Shown here one piece after another: positions 1 to 11,069 of a stretch of 64,000 nucleotides of DNA. This DNA comes from Thermodesulfobacteriota bacterium (GTDB lineage Bacteria; Desulfobacterota_D; UBA1144; Nemesobacterales; JAJCZQ01). A model generated the notes under the pieces. That model saw only the letters and a program-made list of their open reading frames with translations. It was not told where the DNA came from and ran no database searches. Each line of letters starts with the position of its first letter. Position 1 is the first letter of the stretch. The stretch covers positions 832,001 to 896,000 of the forward strand of contig CBDBDR010000017.1 in NCBI GenBank assembly GCA_965203965.1, written 5' to 3'. Both the position numbers and the translations under genes were made by a program.

Positions 1-2
1 AT

Positions 3-641
3 GAAAAAGAAATAGGAGTTATTCTTATAGATTGTGGAGGTGGAACAACAGACATTGCCGTGTTTTCCGAGGGTAGCATCATATACACGGAAAACTTAAC
101 ACTTGGCGGCGACCATTTAGACAAGGACATAGCAATCGGTCTTTCCGTATCGCTACCAAAGGCAAGAAAATTAAAGGAAAAATACGGCGTGGCAATGTCT
201 GAATTAGTAGCTGGTGACGAAGAACTGATAACAATAGACAGTGTTCCTAAAAAAAAGAAGCGTCAAATCTCAAAAAATGATTTGGCAATGATAATAGAAC
301 CAAGAATAGAAGAGATATTAAACCTTGCCAAAATAGAAGTGATGCAAAACACCAGTCAATCCTCTTTCGCCACCGGGGCAGTACTGACTGGTGGCTCAAT
401 GATGATGAAAGGGACAGTGGAACTTGCCGAAAAAATACTTGGCATGCCTGTCAGATTAGGCATCCCTATGGAAGTAGGTGGATTAAAGGATATAATTGGG
501 AATCCCATATACTCCACCGGGGTGGGTTTGGTTCAATATGGTTTGGATAATAACGAAAACAAAAAAATCAGGATCAGGGATGAAAATATTTTTAGAACAG
601 TTCTTGACTCAATGAAAAATTGGTTTCATGAATTCTTTTGA
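3..641 (+). CDS. ftsA: Cell division protein FtsA (5'-truncated by window edge)
   Basis: Frame is open from base 3 (EKEIGVILIDCGGGTTDIAVF); has IEPRIEEI, VLTGG and YSTGVGL motifs; lies directly upstream of ftsZ. Confidence 0.96.
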   Translation, partial: EKEIGVILIDCGGGTTDIAVFSEGSIIYTENLTLGGDHLDKDIAIGLSVSLPKARKLKEKYGVAMSELVAGDEELITIDSVPKKKKRQISKNDLAMIIEPRIEEILNLAKIEVMQNTSQSSFATGAVLTGGSMMMKGTVELAEKILGMPVRLGIPMEVGGLKDIIGNPIYSTGVGLVQYGLDNNENKKIRIRDENIFRTVLDSMKNWFHEFF

Positions 642-667
642 GCTAAAATCTTACATAGGAGTAAACA

Positions 668-1741
668 ATGGCAAACTTCGAGATTGATTTTTCCACAGGT
701 GTGGATACGAGTCGGGCAAAAATCAAGGTGATTGGCACCGGTGGTGCTGGTGGTAACGCTATAAACACCATGATTGACAAAAACCTCAGTGGTGTTGAAT
801 TCATAGCCGCAAACACTGATGCGCAAGATCTGAAAAAATCTAATGCCCCAAGCAAGATGCAAATTGGAGGAAGAGTAACAAAAGGACTTGGGTCTGGGGG
901 CAATCCTTCAATAGGCAAGGAAGCAGCCTTGGAAGATAACGCAAAAATAGCCGAAGCCCTAGAAGGAGCGGACATGGTGTTCATAACAGCCGGAATGGGA
1001 GGAGGCACCGGAACAGGGGCTTCCCCGGTAATTGCCCATATCTCCAGAGAGATAGGAGCACTAACTGTGGGAGTTGTAACGAGACCATTCACATTTGAAG
1101 GATCTAAACGTGGCGAGCAAGCAGCAGAAGGAATCAAATGCCTTGAAAAAGAGGTTGACACCTTAATCGTTATCCCAAATGACAGGCTCGCCTCGTATGA
1201 AACAAGCATTATAGAAGCTTTTCAAAAAGCTGACGAGATTCTTTATCAGGCTGTAAGAGGTATATCGGACATTATTATCGGTACCGGATACATTAACGTT
1301 GATTTTGCCGATGTTAAAAGTATAATGAGCGAAAATGGCGGAAAAGCACTGATGGGAACAGGATATGCAAATGGTGCCGGCAGAGGTGTTGAAGCAGCCA
1401 AGTCGGCAATAACAAGCCCACTTCTTGAAGATATATCAATTGATGGTGCAAAGGGGATTCTCCTCAACGTAACAGCGTCACCAGATTTTGGAGTAGAGGA
1501 GCTTGATGAAGCCTGCAGATATATAAAGGAACAAGCTCATGATGGTGTAAATCTTATTTTCGGTCTTGTAATAGACAAAGACGCAAACGATTCTGTGAGG
1601 ATTACCGTGATAGCCACCGGTATAGACAGTTCATACAATAGTAGAAATAGTAACATCATCACCGAACTTCCACAGAGGGAAATCGTACCAGAGGACGAAT
1701 TTGAAATTCCGGCGTTCATAAGAAAAAAAGAAAACCATTAA
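668..1741 (+). CDS. ftsZ: Cell division protein FtsZ
   Basis: GGAGGNA, tubulin signature [18 protein letters not shown]-terminal EIPAFIRK. Confidence 0.99.
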   Translation: MANFEIDFSTGVDTSRAKIKVIGTGGAGGNAINTMIDKNLSGVEFIAANTDAQDLKKSNAPSKMQIGGRVTKGLGSGGNPSIGKEAALEDNAKIAEALEGADMVFITAGMGGGTGTGASPVIAHISREIGALTVGVVTRPFTFEGSKRGEQAAEGIKCLEKEVDTLIVIPNDRLASYETSIIEAFQKADEILYQAVRGISDIIIGTGYINVDFADVKSIMSENGGKALMGTGYANGAGRGVEAAKSAITSPLLEDISIDGAKGILLNVTASPDFGVEELDEACRYIKEQAHDGVNLIFGLVIDKDANDSVRITVIATGIDSSYNSRNSNIITELPQREIVPEDEFEIPAFIRKKENH

Positions 1742-1766
1742 AGAACAAAGGGAAAAACAGTCCGGG

Positions 1767-2165
1767 CTATTTTACAGAATTGGTCTGAGTGCTTGATACC
1801 ACTGAAGTGTCCATTTCTATTCTAGGTGAGTCAAAGTATATACCTTCTATGTCATAGAACTCTCTGAAAGGAGCATAAAATATATGGACTATTATATCCG
1901 AGACATCTATTAGTATCCATTGCTTTTTGATCTTTCCTTCAATACCTACAATTTTTATGTTGTTTTTCCTGAGTGTTTTTTCAACATTATCGGCAATAGC
2001 TTCCGTGCCCCTGGCTGAGACGGCACTGCAAATTACAAAATAATCCGCTACACCACTCTGCTCAATCACTTCAAGGATTACAGTATCTTCCGCTTTTTTA
2101 TCCAACGCCGAACTTGCTATGAGAACTGCCTTGTCAATTGATGATTTAGTTTTATTCTCCGGCAT
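1767..2165 (-). CDS. rsfS: Ribosome silencing factor RsfS (Iojap)
   Basis: DKKAED, ADYFVICS, WILID..DIIVHIF..REFYDIE; follows nadD as is common. Confidence 0.93.
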   Translation of the reverse strand: MPENKTKSSIDKAVLIASSALDKKAEDTVILEVIEQSGVADYFVICSAVSARGTEAIADNVEKTLRKNNIKIVGIEGKIKKQWILIDVSDIIVHIFYAPFREFYDIEGIYFDSPRIEMDTSVVSSTQTNSVK

Positions 2166-2808
2166 ATAGATTTTCTTTTAGTATGTAGGATCTGAGATCG
2201 TCCGGGATAAAATATCTGATGGATTTTTTATCTCTTATCAAATTTCTCACTTTACTTGACGATACATCTATACCTTTAATTTTCAAAAATATCAATTTAT
2301 TCAGGCTGTTATGCTCATACACCGTCACATCTCTACCAGCTTGCTTCAGCGTAAACATTGATCTCAACTTTAATGGTATGTATAAACTGGACTCTGCAGT
2401 TTTAACACCAGGTCTTTCTATTACAACAAAGTTTGAATAAAGGAAAAGATCCTGAAACTGGTGCCACTTGTCAATTTTAGCCAGATTTTCCGTTCCAAGA
2501 ATAAAATAAAGCTGAGTATTCTCATAGCTGTCCACAAAATGTTTTAAGGTATCTATTGTGTATGATATTCCTTCTCTCTTTAATTCAACATCCGAGACCT
2601 CAAATTTTGAATTGCTTCCAGTAGCAATCTGAAGCATGTGAAATCGCTTCTCCGCTCCGTGAGAATCCTTCTTCTTAAATGGATGAACGGAAGTGGGAAT
2701 AAAGATAACCTTGTCAAGCAAGAACATCTCGGTTATCTCTTCTGCTGCTCTAAGGTGCCCTATATGGACTGGGTTAAAACTACCACCGAACAAGCCGATT
2801 TTTCTCAT
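2152..2808 (-). CDS. nadD: Nicotinate-nucleotide adenylyltransferase
   Basis: GLFGGSFNPVHIGH, SYTIDTL, VSSSKVR. Confidence 0.96.
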   Translation of the reverse strand: MRKIGLFGGSFNPVHIGHLRAAEEITEMFLLDKVIFIPTSVHPFKKKDSHGAEKRFHMLQIATGSNSKFEVSDVELKREGISYTIDTLKHFVDSYENTQLYFILGTENLAKIDKWHQFQDLFLYSNFVVIERPGVKTAESSLYIPLKLRSMFTLKQAGRDVTVYEHNSLNKLIFLKIKGIDVSSSKVRNLIRDKKSIRYFIPDDLRSYILKENLYAGE

Positions 2809-2814
2809 AACTGG

Positions 2815-3927
2815 TTACAAATTTGCCTCAATCATCAACTCATTTCCAAATTTTTTCATACAAACTTTCTTTAAGCTGAGAGCATCATTCATATCCTTTA
2901 TTGCAAGATCCGAAATCATACTTATACCGTCCCCGCCGACTATTTTCGGACAATAGAAGAACACAATCTTATCAACAACACCCTCTCTCAACGCAGATGA
3001 TGCAACCTTGCTTCCTCCTTCTATTAAAACAGTTGTAAACTCCATGCCTGCCAATCTGCCTAGAATACTCTTCAAACTCATCTTGCCAGATTCATCTGTA
3101 TCTGAATACAAAATTGTTGCTCCAGCCCTTTCAAGCAGCATTTTTTTTCTCTTGCTTGAGTTCGGCAAAGCGACTATTATGCAGTTTTTATGAACCTTGA
3201 ACACATTTGAATCTGGACTTATCCTCAGTTTGCTGTCAAGAACAACCGGTACAGGCTGTAGTAGATTTCTTTTTTGTATTCTCACGTTCAGGTTTGGATT
3301 ATCTTTTATCACCGTATTTATACCAACAATGACACAATCCATCTTATTCCTCAGATGATGAGCCATTTCTCTTTGCCTTGTGCTACCGATCCACTTTGAA
3401 TCACCAGTAACGGTTGCTATTTTACCGTCAAGGGTTGATGCGAGCTTCAACACCACGTAAGGCATTTTCTCCTTAATGTATTTAAAGAAAAACTGGTTTA
3501 CCTTTTTTGCCTCCTCTCCAAGCAAGCCAACTTCAACATCAACGTTTGCCTCACGAAGTATTGATACACCTTTACCGCACACCTTCGGATTTGGATCGTA
3601 AGCACCAACAAACACCTTTGATATACCGCTTTCAATTATTGAATCAGTGCAGGGAGGTGTTCTCTTGTCTCGATGACAGCAAGGTTCCAAATTCACGTAA
3701 AGAGTTGAACCTCGTATTTCTTGCCCACTTTTTTCCGCGTCTCTTATGGCGTCTATTTCAGCATGCGCCAGACCTGCTCTTTTATGATAACCTTTCCCTA
3801 TAACCTTTCCCTTTTTGACAAGCACAGCTCCCACAAGTGGGTTTGGACTCGTCATCCCTTCTGCTTTTTTAGCGAGCTTCAAAGCAAGTCTCATAAATTC
3901 AGTATTTTTATCTTCTTTTATTTTCAT
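2815..3927 (-). CDS. ribD: Riboflavin biosynthesis deaminase/reductase RibD
   Basis: PNPLVGAV, HAE, LEPCCH..RTPPC, LDGKIA, LIEGG. Confidence 0.97.
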   Translation of the reverse strand: MKIKEDKNTEFMRLALKLAKKAEGMTSPNPLVGAVLVKKGKVIGKGYHKRAGLAHAEIDAIRDAEKSGQEIRGSTLYVNLEPCCHRDKRTPPCTDSIIESGISKVFVGAYDPNPKVCGKGVSILREANVDVEVGLLGEEAKKVNQFFFKYIKEKMPYVVLKLASTLDGKIATVTGDSKWIGSTRQREMAHHLRNKMDCVIVGINTVIKDNPNLNVRIQKRNLLQPVPVVLDSKLRISPDSNVFKVHKNCIIVALPNSSKRKKMLLERAGATILYSDTDESGKMSLKSILGRLAGMEFTTVLIEGGSKVASSALREGVVDKIVFFYCPKIVGGDGISMISDLAIKDMNDALSLKKVCMKKFGNELMIEANL

Positions 3928-3975
3928 ACAAAATTACTGCAAAAATTAGATAGCTGAACGGTAAGTAGAAAAAAT

Positions 3976-5301
3976 TCAATGAATTATCTCATCTTCACTG
4001 AAAAACAGTGCCTCCACAAACTCATCGGCGTTAAATTCCTTGAGATCATCAAGACTTTCTCCAATTCCTATATATTTAACTGGAATGTTCAATTCATCTG
4101 CAATGGCAATTATAATTCCCCCTTTAGCAGTGCCGTCCAACTTGGTTAAAGCCACGCCCGTAACGTTAATTGCTTCCTTAAACGTCCTTGCCTGTTGCAA
4201 GGCATTCTGACCAGTTGTTGCATCAAGAACCATAAGCACCTCATGTGGTGCCCCAGAAATTTCCCTTCCGATAACGCGATTTATTTTTTTCAACTCATCC
4301 ATTAATTTCGCTTTGGTATGAAGTCTTCCAGCAGTGTCTATGATTAAAATATCAATGTCTCTCGCCTTGGAAGCATTTAAAGCATCATAGGCAACTGCCG
4401 ACGGATCGGCTCCGGGATTTCCTTTGACAAAATCGCTGCCCACTCTTTTTGACCACACTTCCAACTGCTCAGTTGCTGCTGCCCTGAAGGTGTCACATGC
4501 TGCAACCATGACCTTGTAATCGTTTTTAATAAATTTATTTGCCAACTTACCAATTGTTGTTGTCTTGCCAACGCCGTTGACTCCTCCAACTACCATTACA
4601 GTCGGCTTATGGACAATCTCAATAGCTTTACCTTCGGCATTGCTTAATATATGCAAAATCTCATCTTTTAGTTCCGCTCTTACTTCACGAGATTCTTCCA
4701 GAGAACTTCCTGAAAGGGAAGTTTCAATCTTCTCCCTGAGCTTCATTGTAGTTGCAACTCCGATGTCGGATGATATTAACAACTCTTCAAACTCATCCCA
4801 GAGATCGGAGTCAATCTCCTTCTTTAACAGCAGATTTTCTAACTTCCCCAGTAATCCCGCATTTGTTTTGGACAGTCCCCGTATCAAATTTGAAAACACA
4901 CCTTCCCGCTCCGCGACTTCAGATTTTTCTTCCCGTGGCACTGTTTCAACCGATGGTTGCAAATCAGGCTCAATCGTTTCTTCGGAAATTTTGGGAGTAT
5001 CCACCTTGATAGATGTCTGTTCCGCAACAAGAGGTGGTTCATTCACTACAAACACGGATTCAGTTTTTATAATCTCCGGTATTTCGTCTGCCGGGGGAGT
5101 TTGACGAGATGCAGGTTTTTCCTTCACTTCTTCAAAACTGCTCGGTTCTTGTATTATTTCCCTTTTTTCCACGAACCTAGAAAAAACAAAGACAACTAAA
5201 TAAAGGAAAACAAATAGGACGGAAACCACTATCAAATCGAAATACGGAGATGGATAAGTATTAACTAAGTTAAACAGATAATTCACAAGTCCGACCTCCA
5301 T
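3976..5301 (-). CDS. ftsY: SRP receptor FtsY with N-terminal hydrophobic segment and acidic linker
   Basis: GVNGVGKTTTIGKLA, DTFRAAA, DTAGRL, TKLDGTAKGG. Confidence 0.97.
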   Translation of the reverse strand: MEVGLVNYLFNLVNTYPSPYFDLIVVSVLFVFLYLVVFVFSRFVEKREIIQEPSSFEEVKEKPASRQTPPADEIPEIIKTESVFVVNEPPLVAEQTSIKVDTPKISEETIEPDLQPSVETVPREEKSEVAEREGVFSNLIRGLSKTNAGLLGKLENLLLKKEIDSDLWDEFEELLISSDIGVATTMKLREKIETSLSGSSLEESREVRAELKDEILHILSNAEGKAIEIVHKPTVMVVGGVNGVGKTTTIGKLANKFIKNDYKVMVAACDTFRAAATEQLEVWSKRVGSDFVKGNPGADPSAVAYDALNASKARDIDILIIDTAGRLHTKAKLMDELKKINRVIGREISGAPHEVLMVLDATTGQNALQQARTFKEAINVTGVALTKLDGTAKGGIIIAIADELNIPVKYIGIGESLDDLKEFNADEFVEALFFSEDEIIH

Positions 5302-6002
5302 AAAACCCTACCGATAAAAAATGGCCCCATGCTCTCAATATACATTGATGTTTGTCTGGTTTTTCTCATAGCCTGCACGACTGCCGATATTGGATAAAGC
5401 TCTCCGCTTAAAATACCTATGACAAAATCATTGTCGTTTCTATCCAGTCCATAACAGGCAAGCCTTATATCTTTTGCGTAACCAGCTTTACCAAACTTAA
5501 ATCCGACCTTCCCATGCTCTCCAAGAATAGATCGCTGATCCTCACCCGGCAACAATTCAAAACTCTTTGATCTACGTAGAGGATACCACACCCCCCACTC
5601 CATATTGCTGTCCAGAACCTTTTTTCTTGGACCTAAAATCAGGGTCTGTTCAAGGTCGCTCTCATACCCGAATGAATAAGTCCGTCCAAACATAGTGTAT
5701 GCAGGTTTAATCTCAAGGGTTTTGAAAGGATCTTGGTTTAAGTATCCTCTCAAATCTTCCACGAAATAGCCGGGATACTCCGACATTACAAGAAGCCCAA
5801 TACCGTAAGGGTCATTCAAATCCGCATACAGCACCCCATCTAAGCCAAACTTTTTTAGACTTGACGCCAGATTGTCCGGGTCATTACACCCGCCAAACAC
5901 AAGAAGTTGCATAAAAAACCTTTTATGGCTCGAAATTACGGTGCCGTCTTTCAGCCTGCCTTTTTCGGAAATATCAACCTTATCTTCTTTATTAGACGTC
6001 AT
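5283..6002 (-). CDS. Chlorite dismutase / coproheme decarboxylase (HemQ/ChdC) family protein
   Basis: WYPLRRS, EHG (proximal His), GLDRNDNDFVIG, VQAMR..TS.Y...GPFFIG pattern. Confidence 0.8.
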   Translation of the reverse strand: MTSNKEDKVDISEKGRLKDGTVISSHKRFFMQLLVFGGCNDPDNLASSLKKFGLDGVLYADLNDPYGIGLLVMSEYPGYFVEDLRGYLNQDPFKTLEIKPAYTMFGRTYSFGYESDLEQTLILGPRKKVLDSNMEWGVWYPLRRSKSFELLPGEDQRSILGEHGKVGFKFGKAGYAKDIRLACYGLDRNDNDFVIGILSGELYPISAVVQAMRKTRQTSMYIESMGPFFIGRVLWRSDL

Positions 6003-6013
6003 TATTGGCTTTT

Positions 6014-7678
6014 CTATTCCGCTACAGTTCCCTCTTCTTCATAGTCATCCTCTAGGTCAAACTGTGATTTTGCATCAATGTCCTGCAATATAATCCTTTT
6101 TTTCAACTCTTCACTGATTTGCTTTGCGCGATTGTGAAAAAAAGTATCATAATCATCGTCCCATATACCGAAACTATCCAAATCATCAATAAGATGTGTT
6201 TTCATAGTATCTGACAAATTTGGATTTGTTTCATTAAATTTTTTCATATAATGCGACGGTGGTTTTGCTTTTATCTCTCTCTTATTAAGATAGTCATCAA
6301 CAATAGTAATGTTCAATATATGGTTAATCTTACTGTCATCACTTTTATTTTTTAAATAAGCCTTTGGGAAAAAATGATGATAGTTCTTGCTGTTGGCTCG
6401 CTTTAACCAAGAGTTATCAATATTGATTAAAGCATCACTACTGAAAGATTTTGGCTGGTGATAGGCATAGATACATAAAATTGCTTTTATGTAACTACGG
6501 CCAGCACTAAACTGACCATTTCTAATAATATAGTCGGCTGATGGATTAATTGGCCAATCATACGAAGGTCGTTCGTCTGAAAGTATACAATCTATCTTCT
6601 TAATATCTTGGGCAAGTTTGCTTTCTAAAGCAGACGAGTAACGACCCGATAAAGAACATCGCCAAAAAAAGTCTTGTAAGTATTGTTGCTTATCGCCAGT
6701 GGGTTTGTCCTCATGTTTGAAGAAAAAGTATGCAAACGGAACTATGAGTGCGTTATATGGTAGCAAGCTAGAAACGGGTATTCTGAAATAACTCCTGAAA
6801 TAGTCAACAGCGCTCTTTATAGCATCAACCGCCTTATCCCAAGTTTCAATAAATTTATCTTTATCTAACTGGAGTATGACTCCCTTCTTACATTCACCTT
6901 TGAGTATCATTGAAACTACTTGCAGAACACTAGAATCCGATATGGTTTCATACTTTGAGCCCTCAAGTTCATCAATAAGTTGCTGATATTTTTCTGACAA
7001 ATCAAAATCTTTTTCGTAATCAAACGTTTTTGCAACCATTATTTCAAATGACGAGAGAGATTTTCCTCCAACATTAATTCTAGTGAAAATTTCAGTAGCA
7101 ATTTCTATTGGGGTATCATTAACTTGGACAATTGGATATTGGAAATTTTCAATACTTTTTTTATACAATTCAATTTTGCCGTAAAATTCCCTTGGATACT
7201 CTGCTAAAACACTAAGATCACCAGTCAATAGATCAACCACTCTTATAGATTTTGACTCTTCACTACCCAGTTCAGTCGTTACGATTTGTTCATGTTCTTC
7301 TTTGTCAAGATTTATAAACACCTTAGAAAAGTCATCTTCTTTTCCATTTTCTCTTTTTACAGAAATACCTTCTAAGCAAGCATATATGCTGGTTAGACGT
7401 TGTTGACCGTCAAGCACATAATATAAATATTCTCCCTCTTTCGGTTCTGGCAGTTGTTGGTTTCCCAAATTTTTAACGGAACGCAACCTTTCGTTTGTTT
7501 TCCATAAAATAAACGTGCCAATTGGATAACCTTTGATTATGCTGTCAATTAACCCAGCGGATTTCTGAATCTCCCATATAAAATCCCTCTGAAATTGAGG
7601 TATTTTTATCTGTCCCTTTCTTATTTCATCAATAAGAGTTGAAAACGGAACATTTCGTGGTTCAGGTAGTCTGACCAT
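6014..7678 (-). CDS. DUF262 (DGQQR) protein with C-terminal HNH-like region; GmrSD/type IV restriction-like
   Basis: IPQFQRDFIW, GYPIG, VLDGQQRLTS, IFTRINVGG; C-terminal NYHHFFPK...NHILN. Confidence 0.85.
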   Translation of the reverse strand: MVRLPEPRNVPFSTLIDEIRKGQIKIPQFQRDFIWEIQKSAGLIDSIIKGYPIGTFILWKTNERLRSVKNLGNQQLPEPKEGEYLYYVLDGQQRLTSIYACLEGISVKRENGKEDDFSKVFINLDKEEHEQIVTTELGSEESKSIRVVDLLTGDLSVLAEYPREFYGKIELYKKSIENFQYPIVQVNDTPIEIATEIFTRINVGGKSLSSFEIMVAKTFDYEKDFDLSEKYQQLIDELEGSKYETISDSSVLQVVSMILKGECKKGVILQLDKDKFIETWDKAVDAIKSAVDYFRSYFRIPVSSLLPYNALIVPFAYFFFKHEDKPTGDKQQYLQDFFWRCSLSGRYSSALESKLAQDIKKIDCILSDERPSYDWPINPSADYIIRNGQFSAGRSYIKAILCIYAYHQPKSFSSDALINIDNSWLKRANSKNYHHFFPKAYLKNKSDDSKINHILNITIVDDYLNKREIKAKPPSHYMKKFNETNPNLSDTMKTHLIDDLDSFGIWDDDYDTFFHNRAKQISEELKKRIILQDIDAKSQFDLEDDYEEEGTVAE

Positions 7679-7731
7679 CGTCTATCAATCCTCTTCTCAA
7701 TGCTTCTGTATAATTCTAAAACACCGCAAGC

Positions 7732-9246
7732 TTATCTGTACTCACTTTCCTGTGTCGCTACAATGAGGTCATTCAACGACATTTCCGCAAACCTGTGAAC
7801 TTTGCCATTATCAAGACTTAATGCTCCAGCGACCATCTCACCGTAAGAGTGATCAGCTTTATAAAAATGCACAACCTGTCTTGCTTGTATTCTTTCAGGC
7901 ACGTTCTGCATTGCTTCCGCAATGTTGGAAACAAGCCTCTTCTGCTCTTCTTTGTTCATTAACCTGAACAGATTTCCCGGTTGGGTATAGTCGTCATTTC
8001 CATCTCTGTGATCATGTCTGTCAACATAACCGTCTACTTGCAAAGAGGGCTCCGAGTAGCTCGGATCTTCAACGGGACCACCAAAACTGTTAGGCTCATA
8101 ATTAACTGAATCTCCACCATTTCCGTCCGACCTCATATTGCCATCCCTGTGATAGTTATGGTAGGGACATTTTGGTTTGTTGATGGAAAGTGAAGCATAA
8201 TTCACACCTATCCTGTAACGGTGTGCATCCGCATAAGACATTATTCTTGCTTGCAGCATCTTGTCCGGTGACCAACTTATGCCGGACACAACATTTGAAG
8301 GCTCAAAAGCAGCTTGCTCTATATCCTCAAAATAATTCTCTGGGTTACGATTAAGCTCAAGTATTCCAACCTCTATAAGCGGATAATCACCGTGGGGCCA
8401 AACCTTGGTCAAATCAAACGGATTCAGATGATAATTCTTTGCATCTTCCTCTGGCATTATTTGAACACAGAACTTCCACTTTGGATAGTCCCCTCTCTCT
8501 ACTGCCTCAAACAAGTCTTTCTGTGAGCTTTCCCTGTCGCTTGCAACAACTGTTTCTGCTTCTGCATTTGTGTAAAACTTTATCCCCTGCATGGTTTTAA
8601 AATGAAATTTAACCCAGAACCTCTCATCTTTTTCATTGATGAAACTATAAGTGTGGCTTCCATATCCATTCACGTTACGGTAGCCAACAGGTAGTCCTCT
8701 ATCGCTGAACAGGATTGTAACTTGATGAAGGCTTTCGGGGCTCAACGACCAGAAATCCCACATTGCAACGGGCGATCTCATATTTGTCTTTGGGTCTCTT
8801 TTTTGAGTGTGAATAAAATCTCCAAACTTGTATGGGTCCCGCACAAAAAACACAGGGGTATTATTGCCCACCATATCCCAGTTACCTTCTTCGGTATAAA
8901 ACTTGATCGCAAATCCTCGTACATCCCTTTCAGCATCGGCGGCACCGCGTTCCCCGGCAACGGTTGAAAACCTGACCAATGCCCCGGTTTGTTTGCCAAT
9001 CTTAGAAAATACTTTCGCTCTAGAATACCGTGTAATGTCATTTGTTATCGTCAGTGTTCCAAACGCTCCCGAACCCTTCGCATGAACCACTCTCTCCGGA
9101 ACTCTCTCTCTATTGAAAGTCGCCATTTTTTCAAGCAGTTGATAATCCTGCATTAACAGTGGCCCTCTGGAACCAGCCGTCAGTGAATTTTGATTATCGG
9201 CAATTGGATTGCCATGAGCCGTGGTTAAAGTTTTTTTCTCAGACAT
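7732..9246 (-). CDS. katA: Monofunctional small-subunit heme catalase
   Basis: [44 protein letters not shown]. Confidence 0.96.
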   Translation of the reverse strand: MSEKKTLTTAHGNPIADNQNSLTAGSRGPLLMQDYQLLEKMATFNRERVPERVVHAKGSGAFGTLTITNDITRYSRAKVFSKIGKQTGALVRFSTVAGERGAADAERDVRGFAIKFYTEEGNWDMVGNNTPVFFVRDPYKFGDFIHTQKRDPKTNMRSPVAMWDFWSLSPESLHQVTILFSDRGLPVGYRNVNGYGSHTYSFINEKDERFWVKFHFKTMQGIKFYTNAEAETVVASDRESSQKDLFEAVERGDYPKWKFCVQIMPEEDAKNYHLNPFDLTKVWPHGDYPLIEVGILELNRNPENYFEDIEQAAFEPSNVVSGISWSPDKMLQARIMSYADAHRYRIGVNYASLSINKPKCPYHNYHRDGNMRSDGNGGDSVNYEPNSFGGPVEDPSYSEPSLQVDGYVDRHDHRDGNDDYTQPGNLFRLMNKEEQKRLVSNIAEAMQNVPERIQARQVVHFYKADHSYGEMVAGALSLDNGKVHRFAEMSLNDLIVATQESEYR

Positions 9247-9339
9247 TTTATACCCTCCATTTGTATTTTGCGCGGACTAATAATATCCAGTGTTTATGCT
9301 TAAATAAATTACTGTGAAATGCTAAAATAACAAACAATT

Positions 9340-10407
9340 ATGAACGGGTTGAAAAACGCTGGCAAATCCTTCAAAGGTCGTGGGGCAAGCTTTAACCCAA
9401 CAAACAGGTTTGAAAGGATTGACTATACAATTGACGAGGAAGAGATTGACAATCTCAAAAAACCAAAAACCGTATTTTACAATGATGTTACAAAAACTAT
9501 TCTAACCTACAACGATAGCCCTGATACCGGCTTTGACGTTGGAGTCAACCCATACAGAGGTTGTGAGCACGGCTGTATCTATTGTTACGCAAGACCAACT
9601 CACGAATTTTACGGTCTCTCTGCCGGATTGGATTTTGAGACGCAAATATTTGTCAAGAAAAACGCACCTTCTTTGCTGAAAAAAGAGTTGAGCTCTAAGA
9701 GATGGAAACCCCGGCCGGTTGCCATCAGCGGAAATACGGACTGTTACCAACCTGCGGAAAAGCATTTCAAGCTAACGCGAAGTTGTCTTGAGGTATTTTT
9801 GGAATTTAAAAATCCTGTTGGAATAATCACAAAAAACCACCTCATAACGCGAGATATTGATATACTCAGAGAGCTGGCTGAATTTAATTCTACAATTGCA
9901 GTGATTTCCATCACAACTCTGGATGCAAGACTTACGGGAGTAATGGAGCCACGTACTTCGCGCCCCCACTTGAGATTAAAAACAATAGAAAGACTGTCGG
10001 AAGCAGAAATTCCCACGATGGTTCTGATAGCACCGATTATCCCAGGACTAACTGACCATGAAATACCGCAGATTGTTCAGAGTGCAGCCAATGCCGGGGC
10101 AGAGAGAGCAGGTTATGTTATGTTGAGGCTGCCCCATACAGTCTCTGAGCTTTTTATTGAATGGATAGAAAATCATTTTCCCAACAGAAAAAATAAAGTA
10201 TTGAACCGCATTAAATCCGTAAGAAAAGGTAATCTCAGCAGTTCTCAATTTGGCAGTCGTATGGTTGGAGAAGGTATTTTTGCCGAACAGGTTAAAAACC
10301 TTTTTGAGATATCATGCCGCAAAACTGGAATAAATTATGGTAAAATCAGGCTCTCAGTAGACCACTTCAATAATCCATACAGTAAACAGCAGAAACTGTT
10401 CAAATAA
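9340..10407 (+). CDS. PA0069/Rv2578c-family radical SAM protein (SPL-like)
   Basis: NPYRGCEHGCIYCYARPTH, GLDFETQI, TDCYQPAE. Confidence 0.9.
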   Translation: MNGLKNAGKSFKGRGASFNPTNRFERIDYTIDEEEIDNLKKPKTVFYNDVTKTILTYNDSPDTGFDVGVNPYRGCEHGCIYCYARPTHEFYGLSAGLDFETQIFVKKNAPSLLKKELSSKRWKPRPVAISGNTDCYQPAEKHFKLTRSCLEVFLEFKNPVGIITKNHLITRDIDILRELAEFNSTIAVISITTLDARLTGVMEPRTSRPHLRLKTIERLSEAEIPTMVLIAPIIPGLTDHEIPQIVQSAANAGAERAGYVMLRLPHTVSELFIEWIENHFPNRKNKVLNRIKSVRKGNLSSSQFGSRMVGEGIFAEQVKNLFEISCRKTGINYGKIRLSVDHFNNPYSKQQKLFK

Positions 10408-10415
10408 GTAACCGA

Positions 10416-11069
10416 TCAGGATGTCTCCATAATATCTCTGGCTTTTCCAAGACTCTCCACAAGTTTTAGTATTTCTTCTGATTTGACTTTAAGCCTGACC
10501 TTGTTGACAACAAACCTCGCCGTTATATGGGAAATTGTCTCAATTTCCCTGAGATTATTTGTTTTTAAAGTCTCTCCCGTAGCAGACAAATCCACTATTA
10601 CATCGGACAAACCGGCGTTCGGTGCTAGTTCAACAGAGCCGTAGAGTTTAACAACTTCGGCACTAACCCCTTTTCTGGTAAAGTGATCGTGTGCCGTTCT
10701 TGGATACTTCGTTGCAACTTTGACGGGTGAAGCAGCGGTTTTAATATCAAACTCACAAGGAGCAGCAACAACAAGGCGACACTTCCCTATTTTAAGGTCC
10801 AAAGGTTCATAAAGATTTGATCTGGTCTCGGTCAACGTGTCCTTGCCAACAATTCCACAATCAGCGGCACCGTACTCAACGTAGGACGGCACATCCGTCG
10901 GTCTGATTATCAATATTCTCATATTCAACTTCTCAAACTCGCAGATCAACTTCCTTGAGTCCTTATAAACGTCCGATATATCAATGTTTGCTCTCTTAAA
11001 CAAATCAACTGACTCGGATAGTAGTCTTCCTCTTGATATTGCAACTGTAATCAATTTTTCTCCCTCCAA
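10416..11069 (-). CDS. hisG: ATP phosphoribosyltransferase, short form
   Basis: RPTDVPSYVEYGAADCGIVGKD, VATKYP, LYGSVELAP, TGETL; no C-terminal regulatory domain, and hisZ is present at 50339. Confidence 0.96.
   Translation of the reverse strand: MEGEKLITVAISRGRLLSESVDLFKRANIDISDVYKDSRKLICEFEKLNMRILIIRPTDVPSYVEYGAADCGIVGKDTLTETRSNLYEPLDLKIGKCRLVVAAPCEFDIKTAASPVKVATKYPRTAHDHFTRKGVSAEVVKLYGSVELAPNAGLSDVIVDLSATGETLKTNNLREIETISHITARFVVNKVRLKVKSEEILKLVESLGKARDIMETS

Noticed and set aside
643..1209. Long antisense ORFs (also 4565-5104, 16763-17278, 18235-18684, 49520-50089 and others)
   Set aside because: Shadows of well-supported genes on the opposite strand, with no motifs of their own
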